This document shows positions 45,989-54,706 of a stretch of DNA of 64,000 nucleotides, one piece after another. Each line of letters begins with the position of its first letter. The first letter of the stretch is position 1. Under the pieces are notes generated by a model, which saw nothing but the letters and a program-made list of their open reading frames with translations, had not been told where the DNA came from and made no database searches. The DNA lies in NCBI GenBank assembly GCA_030629005.1, contig DAOVPV010000001.1, positions 57,427 through 121,426 on the forward strand, in the 5' to 3' direction. The translations under genes and the position numbers were made by a program. Source of the DNA: a bacterium (lineage in GTDB: Bacteria > Babelota > Babeliae > Babelales > UASB340).

Positions 45989-46348
45989 TTAGACTTTTGA
46001 ATTCTTGTATATACATGCTTGTAATTTTTTTTTCAAAAACGTCAATGTCTTGTTTTTTTCTTGAAATTGTTTGGGCAAAATAAATGCAGAATAAGTCTGA
46101 ATATTTAAAGCTAAAGGATTTTTTCCCGTTCTATCATACACCTTTCCGCGACTTGGACTAGTTTTTAATTCAACTAAATACTGCTGATTCGCTAAGTTTT
46201 TGAAAAAATTTTTACCATAAATTTGCAATATATATAATCTGGTAAAAATTATCAGATAAAACAAAATAAAAACAAAAAAAACAATCACAACTCTCGGTTT
46301 ATAATCATTTTTAAACATAAAAACTTTTATCCTTTTTTTTAATATCAT
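45989..46348 (-). CDS. ftsI: FtsI N-terminal part (TM anchor and start of dimerisation domain)
   Basis: RVVIVFFVFILFYLIIFTRLYILQI TM; SPSRGKVYDRTGKNPLA typical PBP N-terminal motif; reading frame lost at an A9 run (plus strand T9 at 46025-46033). Confidence 0.75.
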   Translation of the reverse strand: MILKKRIKVFMFKNDYKPRVVIVFFVFILFYLIIFTRLYILQIYGKNFFKNLANQQYLVELKTSPSRGKVYDRTGKNPLALNIQTYSAFILPKQFQEKNKTLTFLKKKLQACIYKNSKV

Positions 46349-46610
46349 GAGTAAATGTTTTAATTTGAGATAATTTTAACTCATGAAAATCAAATTTTTC
46401 TTCAGCAATATTCTTAATTCTCTTAAAGTCTTTTAATTTAAACAATTCTACCAAGAGCATATTTTTTTTTCGTTTTAATTTCAAATTTTTCTTTTCTAAA
46501 CGCTGTTTTTCATAATTAAGTTTTATTAATAAATTGTGTTGATAAATTTTAATAAAAACAAAAAACAAACAAATAAAAAACAATCCCGAAAAAAAACTAC
46601 TTCTTGTCAT
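46311..46610 (-). CDS. ftsL: cell division protein FtsL-like
   Basis: 99 aa bitopic: short N-terminus, one TM (FFSGLFFICLFFVFIKI), coiled coil; immediately upstream of ftsI. Confidence 0.6.
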   Translation of the reverse strand: MTRSSFFSGLFFICLFFVFIKIYQHNLLIKLNYEKQRLEKKNLKLKRKKNMLLVELFKLKDFKRIKNIAEEKFDFHELKLSQIKTFTHDIKKKDKSFYV

Positions 46611-46672
46611 TGTACTATATCCAATCTAAGTTCCTTTATTATACAAAAGAATAAAAGCACTCAAAAAAACTA

Positions 46673-47752
46673 TTATAATCTTTGATGTTTTGCTGTACTT
46701 AAACAAACTAAAAGACTATCTGGCTTTAGATTTATAGCCAAAAGCCGATGGTCTCTCTTACTTTTTTCCCTCATAACCCAAATTGAAAATACCACAGACA
46801 TTATTATCAACAATATCCCAATTAACATCCTTATTTTACTAGTACCTGCTTTTATTAAGTAATAAAGCCCAGCAGCCAAAATTAAAACAACATACAGCTT
46901 GTAAAAAGCAAATCCACCTAAAAATGGCTGTATAAAATATATGGACATACCCAATAAAACAAATCCAAAAAACTTTTTAACTTCAACCATCCACATTCCA
47001 GCTTTAGGTAACATAGTAAGAGACGTTGAAAATGTTCCAACTAAAATCAATAATAATCCCATTCCCAGAGCAAAGAAAAACAATGTAAAAAAACCAACTA
47101 TTGGACTACCAGCTTTCGTAACAAAACCCAAAAGTATGGCCAAAGATGGTGTTAAACATGGCGACGCAATAGACCCTGAAATTAAACCAAATAAAAAACT
47201 ATAGAAATAAGATCCACCAACACGAACGCCCTGCCTACGAATTAAAAAACCTGGCATTTTTATTTCATAAAAACCAAACATCGAAAACGCTAAGTAAATA
47301 AAAAAACAAACTATAAATAATATAAGCCAAGGATTAGAAAGCCACTGCCCAAAAATTATAGTCGTTGTAGCAGCAATATAACCAAGAAGTGCATAAACAG
47401 TACTAATGCCCAAAACATAACTTAATGACAACAAAAAGTTTTTAAAAACAGAAGACGTTGCCTGCGTCTGCAAAATACCCAAAGTAACCGGTATCATCGG
47501 ATAAACACATGGAGTAAAACTGGTAATAATACCTATTAAAAATGCCATAATGAATAAAACCAATATTGATTTCTCTGGCGAAAATATTCGTTTTAAATTT
47601 TCTAAACTAAAAAAAGAAACCTTTTGTTTTGTAATCGTATCGTTAGATGATGACAAAACATTACCAGCATTAGTAACTTTACTTGTTAAAATTGATAAAA
47701 AAACAACCAGAAGCAAACAAAGCCAACCGTTTTTCCTAACTACTCCAACCAC
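46673..47752 (-). CDS. CcdA/DsbD-type thiol:disulfide electron-transfer membrane protein
   Basis: polytopic; FTPCVYPMIPVT and second-half SPCLTPSL cysteine motifs characteristic of the DsbD beta/CcdA core; no fused thioredoxin domain. Confidence 0.8.
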   Translation of the reverse strand: MVGVVRKNGWLCLLLVVFLSILTSKVTNAGNVLSSSNDTITKQKVSFFSLENLKRIFSPEKSILVLFIMAFLIGIITSFTPCVYPMIPVTLGILQTQATSSVFKNFLLSLSYVLGISTVYALLGYIAATTTIIFGQWLSNPWLILFIVCFFIYLAFSMFGFYEIKMPGFLIRRQGVRVGGSYFYSFLFGLISGSIASPCLTPSLAILLGFVTKAGSPIVGFFTLFFFALGMGLLLILVGTFSTSLTMLPKAGMWMVEVKKFFGFVLLGMSIYFIQPFLGGFAFYKLYVVLILAAGLYYLIKAGTSKIRMLIGILLIIMSVVFSIWVMREKSKRDHRLLAINLKPDSLLVCLSTAKHQRL

Positions 47753-47969
47753 CCTTAAACCCTTTCTTTTTATTTTTTATTAAAAAAATTTAGTTTCATA
47801 TTTTAAATTATATTTAAGTAAAAAATATTATCCATCAAAAAATTTAACCAATCAACAAATAGGAAAATAGAAACTTTATTGCTTAACTTAAGTTTAACTT
47901 TTGTTAAGCTTCTTATGTTTAAAACTTATTCGGGAATTAATAAATATTTTTCTATAAAAAAGGAAATGT

Positions 47970-49424
47970 ATGAATGCCATAAAAAACGTAACATTAATCT
48001 TATGCCTATTTTTCTTAGTCGGTTGCCTAAATTACTCCTCCACAAAAAATCTCAAAAAATTAGACGCAAGTACAGTAACATTAAATGATAATACATATCC
48101 TGTTGTTATAATTGGAGGAGGTTTTGCAGGACTTACAGCTGGTCTCTACTTAAGCCAAGCAAATATAAAACACGTTGTAATAGAAGGTCCCGAGCCAGGA
48201 GGCGCAATAACAGCATCTCATTCTGTTTGTAATTGGCCGGGAGAAAAAAACATCACCGGTGTAAATTTAGCAAATAAACTAAAAGATCATGCCGTAAGTA
48301 GCGGCACAAATATTTTAAATACATTTGTCGAATCTGTAGATTTCTCTGTATGGCCATATTTAATAAAAACCAAAAATCAAAATATTAAAGCCTTATCATG
48401 CATAATTACAACGGGCTCAACAGCTAACTTTTTAAACATACCAGGCGAATCTGAATATTTTGGCCGAGGTGTATCCAAATGTGCAACTTGTGATGGTCCT
48501 TTTTATAAAAATAAAACAGTTGCAATTATTGGAGGCGGAAACACAGCGATAACAGATGCCTTATATTTATCTAACATTGCTAAAAAAATATACCTAATCG
48601 TAAGAAGAGGTGTACTACGGGCTTCAGGAAGATCTACTCAAACAGTTAAAAACAAAAAAAACATCGAAATATTATACAATACTAATGTAAAAGAAGTACT
48701 TGGAGATAACAACAAAGTTACAACCCTAAAAATTTTTAATAACAAAAACAACACGATATCAGAACTTCCTGTTGATGGAATGTTCTTAGCCATAGGAGCA
48801 ATCCCAAATACAACTCTTTTTGAAAACAAACTAGAATTAGATAAAAGTGGTCACATAATAACCCAAAAGCACCAAAATACATCCAAGCAAGGTATTCTTA
48901 CAGCTGGAGATGTAAATGAACCAGAGTATAAACAATTAATAATAGCAGCAGGCCAAGGTGCTAAGGCTGCAATGCAGGCTCAAAAGTTTTTAGATAAAAT
49001 AGGCTTTGTCTCTGAAAATTCAAGAGTTCTAAGTGAAAAACAAGAAACAAGTCAAAAAATACAACCTACACTAGAGAAAAAACAAGCTTCAAAAACTTTT
49101 GGCTCTGTTTTAGAAATAACAAGTCCACGACAATTCCAAAAAGAAATATTAGATTATGATGGTAAAGTTGTTGCAGACTTTTATGCCCATTGGTGCTACC
49201 CATGCAAAATGATGCATCCAATAATAGAAAAACTAGCTAAAGATTTAAAATCTATAAAATTTGTTAAAGCTGATATTTCTAATATTGACGCCTTAGGCAA
49301 TGTCTGGGGAATAAGGGGTGTGCCAACATTCATTTTATTTGAAAATGGAAAAGAGGTTCATCGCTTCTCCGGCGGAAGAAACGAAGATGACTTCAGGGCA
49401 ATTATTGAAGAAAAGCTAAAATAA
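47970..49424 (+). CDS. thioredoxin reductase-thioredoxin fusion protein with lipoprotein signal peptide
   Basis: lipobox LVGC (MNAIKNVTLILCLFFLVGC); GGGFAGLTAG FAD motif; CATCDG redox centre; GGGNTAITDA NADPH motif; C-terminal Trx domain with WCYPCK and GVPT. Confidence 0.85.
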   Translation: MNAIKNVTLILCLFFLVGCLNYSSTKNLKKLDASTVTLNDNTYPVVIIGGGFAGLTAGLYLSQANIKHVVIEGPEPGGAITASHSVCNWPGEKNITGVNLANKLKDHAVSSGTNILNTFVESVDFSVWPYLIKTKNQNIKALSCIITTGSTANFLNIPGESEYFGRGVSKCATCDGPFYKNKTVAIIGGGNTAITDALYLSNIAKKIYLIVRRGVLRASGRSTQTVKNKKNIEILYNTNVKEVLGDNNKVTTLKIFNNKNNTISELPVDGMFLAIGAIPNTTLFENKLELDKSGHIITQKHQNTSKQGILTAGDVNEPEYKQLIIAAGQGAKAAMQAQKFLDKIGFVSENSRVLSEKQETSQKIQPTLEKKQASKTFGSVLEITSPRQFQKEILDYDGKVVADFYAHWCYPCKMMHPIIEKLAKDLKSIKFVKADISNIDALGNVWGIRGVPTFILFENGKEVHRFSGGRNEDDFRAIIEEKLK

Positions 49425-49454
49425 CCTACAACATTTATTTCAAATTGTATACTG

Positions 49455-49483
49455 AAAGGCACTAATCTAGGTGCCTTTTTTCT
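49455..49483 (+). terminator. rho-independent terminator
   Basis: AAAGGCAC-TAATCTAG-GTGCCTTTTTTTCTTT. Confidence 0.7.
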
Positions 49484-49543
49484 TTAATATATTTTGTGCT
49501 ATAGTAAATTCTCATTTTTAGGGATAAATCTTAGGGGGATTTT

Positions 49544-51112
49544 ATGCAAAAAAGTTTAAATAAACTTATTAAATTTATATTAATAGTAATAATTCTAAAT
49601 CCAACAAACATATTAATGGCTGCTTTTTGGGGCAGCAACTTCGGGCAGTATACACGATCGCAATCAACAGAATGGACACTAAGAGAATCTGATATTCCAA
49701 CCAATCCAGAACTCATAACAATTAATGGCAAAAATCTAGAAAACATTTTCGATATAACAGAAAGAAACATTCAAGCCCTATATACAAAAATAGATGAATG
49801 GAGGCGTTATATAGCTGGTATCGAAAATAGAATAGTAGAATTAGAAAAAGACAAAAAGAAAAATAATCTACACATTGTTAAATCTAGAATGGAAAACTAC
49901 AGAAAAAAAGTCGAAGCACTAGAACAAGAAATAGTAAACCAACAAGAACTTAGAAAGGCTGCCCTAGCACAAATTACAGATATAAAAGCAACTGAGGCTA
50001 AAACTGAAATTATGGCAGAAGAAAACGACAAAAATAGAGATAATGAAATAAAAAAAGTTCAAGAAGGTATTAAAACATTTATCAATGAAACATTAAAAAA
50101 AGAAAACCTAGAAAAAACCGGAATATTTGCAGCTCTTACAACAGCAGGCATAACAGCAGCATACTATGGCAGCAAACTCGGCTTCAATTTACTGCAAGCA
50201 TATATTAATCAACCAACTCTTATTCGAGAATCAAACAAATTGGGTTTAAAACAAAATTTAAAACAATTTTGGAATCACAAAATATTAAGTAAACCAATTA
50301 TAGAAGCAAAAATAGAAGAAGTGATATTGAGCCCAGATCATAAAACAAGCTTAAGTAATTTTGCATATGATACAAAAAGAACTCATGAAAATCGCTTAAA
50401 CTTTAGAAACGCACTATTTTACGGTGAACCAGGAACAGGTAAAACCATGTTCGCAAAAAGACTCGCTAAATATTGTAACATGGATTATGCGATACTTTCT
50501 GGAGCAGATTTCTCACAATTTAAAGACGGTAAAGATATCGAAGAACTACACAAGTTTTTTGATTGGGCACAACATAGCAAACAAGGTCTTATTGTTTTCA
50601 TAGATGAAGCAGATTCATTTTTAAGAAAAAGAAAAGATTTAACAAACAAAGCAATAAACTTAATAAATGCCTTCCTGTCTCGTACAGGTGAATCTTCTAA
50701 TAAAATCATGTTTATATTTGCAACAAACCACCCGGAAATATTAGATCCTGCAGTTATGAGTAGAATACACAGTAAAATAAACTTTCCAGCACCAGAAACC
50801 AATGAACGAAAACAAATCCTAGATTTATATTTAGAAAAATATATTAAAAATGATACTAAAACAGTAAAAATAAATGGACAAAAAACAACTAGACAAATAT
50901 ATATGCAACCAGAAATAGATTCTAACTTCATAAATCATTTAGCTCAAAAAACAGATGGGTTTTCTGGTAGAGATTTAAGCCAAACCGTTTTAGATATGCA
51001 AATTAGTGCATACAACAGAGGCAATGATGTTCTTACAAAAGAGATGGCAGAACAAGCTATAGATCAAAAAATTAGAGAAGCTAGAGAACTCAAAGATATG
51101 TATGCAAGCTAA
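49544..51112 (+). CDS. ATAD3-like AAA+ ATPase (coiled coil, TM segment, AAA domain)
   Basis: Walker A GEPGTGKT, Walker B IVFIDEAD; long stretches resemble human ATAD3A as I recall it ([11 protein letters not shown] / [18 protein letters not shown] / [18 protein letters not shown] / [40 protein letters not shown] / [29 protein letters not shown]). Confidence 0.7.
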   Translation: [522 protein letters not shown]

Positions 51113-51127
51113 GTAAAAATTAAAGTT

Positions 51128-51171
51128 CAAAAATGAAAAAGGACGCCTTCCATGTTCAAAAAAAGGCGCCC
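51128..51171 (-). terminator. rho-independent terminator after trxB
   Basis: minus strand GGGCGCCTT..AAGGCGTCC followed by TTTTTCATTTTTG. Confidence 0.6.
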
Positions 51172-51252
51172 AAAATTAAGGGGACTATACTATACTACAT
51201 ATATCTATAAAAACAAGACTTATTTTAATTTTTTTTAAAATAAATTTTGCAG

Positions 51253-52170
51253 TCATTTTTTAGACAAATATTTTTGACAATCAAGAGCAGACATTGCACC
51301 AAACCCAGAAGCAATTATCGCCTGTTTATAAATGAAATCTGCAACATCTCCTGCAGCAAAAACACCGTCTTTAGAAGTAGTAGTTTTACCAGTCAAAACA
51401 ACATAACCGTAATCATCTAAATCTATCTGTGATTTTAAATAATCAGTATTTGGCTTCATACCAATTGCGATAAAAAGACCTTCGGCTTGAATAACTTTTG
51501 TATCACCAGTCTTTTGATGCTCTATTGTAACTTTTGTCATACGCAAACCATCACCATCTATCTTCTTAACTAAAGAATTGTAAATAACATTTACTTTTTG
51601 ATTTTCTAGAACTTTATCTTTAATTGGATCTGTTGCCGTTAACTCCTCTAAAAGATGTATTATCGTTACACTTTTTGCAAAATGAATTAAATGCTCTGCT
51701 TCTACAACGGCGCTATCACCACCACCAACAACAATTATATCTTTATCTTGAAAAAATGGAGCATCGCATGTAGCACAAACAGAAACGCCCTTTGCCCAAT
51801 ATTTTTGTTCACCGGGAATATTTAGTTTTTTGTGACTAGCCCCAGAAGCTATTATTACAGATTCGGTTTCAATCTCTTTGCCTAATTTTGTAAAAATCTT
51901 ATAAGGTTTAACAGAAAAATCAACGCGCTCTACCGTATCAGAAATTATTTTGCAACCAGAAGCTTTAGCATGTTCTTTCATGTCCATCATAAGTTTAAAG
52001 CCCATAACTTCTTTTAATCCTGGCCAATTTTCAACCTTAGTAGTTGTAGTAAGTTGACCACCCGGTTGCATACCTTCAATCAAAAGTGGTTCAAACTTAG
52101 CTCTGCCCAAATAAATACCGGCAGTTAATCCCGCAGGACCAGAACCTATAATCACAACTCGTTCAGCCAT
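51253..52170 (-). CDS. trxB: thioredoxin-disulfide reductase
   Basis: 305 aa; GSGPAGLTAG, CATCDAPFF, GGGDSAVVEA, GDVAD. Confidence 0.93.
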   Translation of the reverse strand: MAERVVIIGSGPAGLTAGIYLGRAKFEPLLIEGMQPGGQLTTTTKVENWPGLKEVMGFKLMMDMKEHAKASGCKIISDTVERVDFSVKPYKIFTKLGKEIETESVIIASGASHKKLNIPGEQKYWAKGVSVCATCDAPFFQDKDIIVVGGGDSAVVEAEHLIHFAKSVTIIHLLEELTATDPIKDKVLENQKVNVIYNSLVKKIDGDGLRMTKVTIEHQKTGDTKVIQAEGLFIAIGMKPNTDYLKSQIDLDDYGYVVLTGKTTTSKDGVFAAGDVADFIYKQAIIASGFGAMSALDCQKYLSKK

Positions 52171-53500
52171 TATTTTCCTTTTCTGTAATTTTTTCTTTTA
52201 AGTTCTTCCAAAATTCAATGCGACGTTTAAGCTCTTTTTCAAAACCCAAATCTCCAGGACTATAGTATATACTTCCTTTTAATTCTTCCGGCAAATAATC
52301 TTGACCCGAGTAATGATATCTAAACTCATGGTCATATTTATAATCTTTACCATACCCCAAGTCTGACATAATCTTAGATTCAGAATTACAAATATTTAAT
52401 GGTACAGGTGAATTTTTTTTATCTCTAACATCTTTTATAGCATCGCTTATTGCAATATAAGCACTATTAGATTTTGGAGCTGTTGCTAAGTAAACAACAA
52501 GTTGAGACAAATTTATTCTGCATTCAGGAAGACCTAAAAACTCTACAGCTTGCCTTGTTGCTATCGCTTGCACAATAGCATCCGGATCTGCAAGCCCAAC
52601 ATCTTCACTTGCTATAACGGTTAATCTTCTACAAACAACTAACGGATCGGCACCCGATTCTATCAATCTCGCCAACCAATAAACACTTGCTTGAACATCA
52701 GAACCTCGAATGGATTTTTGCAAAGCAGATAGTAAATTATAATGCTGCTCTCCATTTTTATCATAAGAAAATTTTCTGGTAGATAGAATTTGTTTTATAA
52801 TATCAATTGTAATAATAGTGCAATTCGTTACAACACCACTAGAAATATTAGAAGCCATTTCCATAATATTTATAATATTTCTGGCATCACCATTAGAATA
52901 ATTAATTAACGCAGCCCTTGCATCATCATCTATCAAAACTTGCTTATTAAGTTCTTTATAATAATCTAAAATTTTATTAATAATATTATTTAAATCGGAA
53001 TCCTTAAGCTGACTTAATGTATAAACAGAACAACGGCTTAACAGAGCAGAATTTATTGCAAAGCTAGGATTTTCTGTTGTAGCACCAACAAGAATTAATA
53101 AACCCAACTCTATCGGCTTTAAAAATAAATCTTGCTGTGATTTATTAAACCTATGAATTTCATCAACAAACAAAATTAATGGCTTGTTTCCAAAATTAAC
53201 TTCTTTACGAGCTAAATCTATAATTTCCTTCACATCTTTAACACCATTAAAAGCTGCATGAAAGGAAATAAATTTTCGTTCTGTTATATGTGCTATAACA
53301 TTTGCAAGAGTTGTTTTACCAGTTCCAGGCGGTCCCCAGAAAATCATACTGCCAAAACTATCAGCTTGAATTAATTTTCTAAATATAGAATCTTTATTCA
53401 ATAAATGATCTTGTCCAAAGATGCCATCCAATACTTTTGGACGGATTCTTTCTGATAACGGTTTTATATTTTTTTTAAAAAGAGAAAGTTGTGCATCCAT
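52163..53500 (-). CDS. rarA: replication-associated recombination protein A (RarA/MgsA)
   Basis: [37 protein letters not shown], C-terminal MgsA-type [17 protein letters not shown]. Confidence 0.92.
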   Translation of the reverse strand: [445 protein letters not shown]

Positions 53501-53587
53501 AATTTATTACTTTTGTTTAAATGTTATTAATTTTATTTAAATATTAAAATTAATAATAAATAGATGCAAATAAATTTAAAATCCAAC

Positions 53588-54271
53588 TTAGGTAATACTA
53601 AATAACTCAGATAAAATAAAATTTAAATTACAAGAAGAATTCCAATCCATCATCCCTAAATAATCAATAGAAACAAAATCTCCAACACAAGTGCTAAAAA
53701 CATTAGGAGAATTCGTTGGAAAAATTAAAGGAAATTTAATATAAAAAGTTTGCTCATTTATTTTTGCTGTTAAAATAAGCGTAAAATCATCTGTAATGTT
53801 AATTGCCATAAGACTTGTATTATCTAAAATTTCTTGATCCTGATAATCATATATAAATTTCAATACATTAGAAACATATTCTCGATTTTGTTCTAAGCAA
53901 GTTCTAAAATTTTCATCTATAATCACAAAATCACTATCATTTGATTCTAATGTAACAAATTCAATCTCACTTTTTCTTCTCACAAGATCAAATAAAAGAT
54001 CTTCTAAACTAACGAAAAAAGTTTCTAATGAAAGTTCCTCTTGTGAAAAAACATCTCCAGGATAATCTGTACCAGATTCTGAACCAAAGCAAGTAGAAGA
54101 TTGTTCTGAATTAGGAGCACTAGCCGATAAGGAACTAATACCATCAAAAATATCTCTTGAATCTGCAGAAACAAAAGACCTTAATCTTCTTGATTGTGCA
54201 TCCAAACTTGATGTTATAAAAAAAACAAAAATTAAAATTTTGATATAAAAAGAAATTTTCATAAAATCCAT
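53588..54271 (-). CDS. hypothetical secreted acidic protein
   Basis: 227 aa; signal-like ISFYIKILIFVFFITSSLDA; no recognisable motif. Confidence 0.45.
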   Translation of the reverse strand: MDFMKISFYIKILIFVFFITSSLDAQSRRLRSFVSADSRDIFDGISSLSASAPNSEQSSTCFGSESGTDYPGDVFSQEELSLETFFVSLEDLLFDLVRRKSEIEFVTLESNDSDFVIIDENFRTCLEQNREYVSNVLKFIYDYQDQEILDNTSLMAINITDDFTLILTAKINEQTFYIKFPLIFPTNSPNVFSTCVGDFVSIDYLGMMDWNSSCNLNFILSELFSIT

Positions 54272-54329
54272 AAAAAATAATGTTGTTTATAAAAAAATTA
54301 ATTTACTGGCCGAGCCATACTATATTAAA

Positions 54330-54569
54330 CTAAAAATGCCTTTTAGCAAAAGACCGACCTGAACCAGATTTTAAATACCTTTCAAACTCTTGAGCTTTTA
54401 TTTTATCAGCAAAGGCAATATATGTTTCTAATCTCCAAGGCTTTAATTTCGCAGTATGTTTAGACATAGAGCTGTTATGATAAAGTAAACGCTTTTTCAA
54501 ATCAACGGTTATACCAGTATATCTTCTATCTGGATTATCAATAGATTGAATTATATAAACGTAATGCAT
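54330..54569 (-). CDS. small GIY-YIG nuclease family protein (paralogue of 16848..17087)
   Basis: 79 aa; HYVYIIQS..RYTGIT, LKKRLLYHN, FERYLKSGSGRSFAKRHF. Confidence 0.85.
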   Translation of the reverse strand: MHYVYIIQSIDNPDRRYTGITVDLKKRLLYHNSSMSKHTAKLKPWRLETYIAFADKIKAQEFERYLKSGSGRSFAKRHF

Positions 54570-54595
54570 CCAAATTACCTTCTAGATATCAAAAT

Positions 54596-54706
54596 AGTCC
54601 GCCTTCGTGATACTTCGGCGTGACAGCCTTCGCACCGTCTTCTATAAATATTATTTTTAAAATAAATACCTTTACTGGCTCGCCAAGCCGTAGCTTTAGC
54701 GAAGGC
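54596..54706. repeat. bipartite GC-rich spacer between tmRNA and the GIY-YIG gene
   Basis: module A 54674-54706 (minus strand GCCTTCGCTAAAGCTACGGCTTGGCGAGCCAGT), AT-rich gap, module B 54596-54643. Confidence 0.7.
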
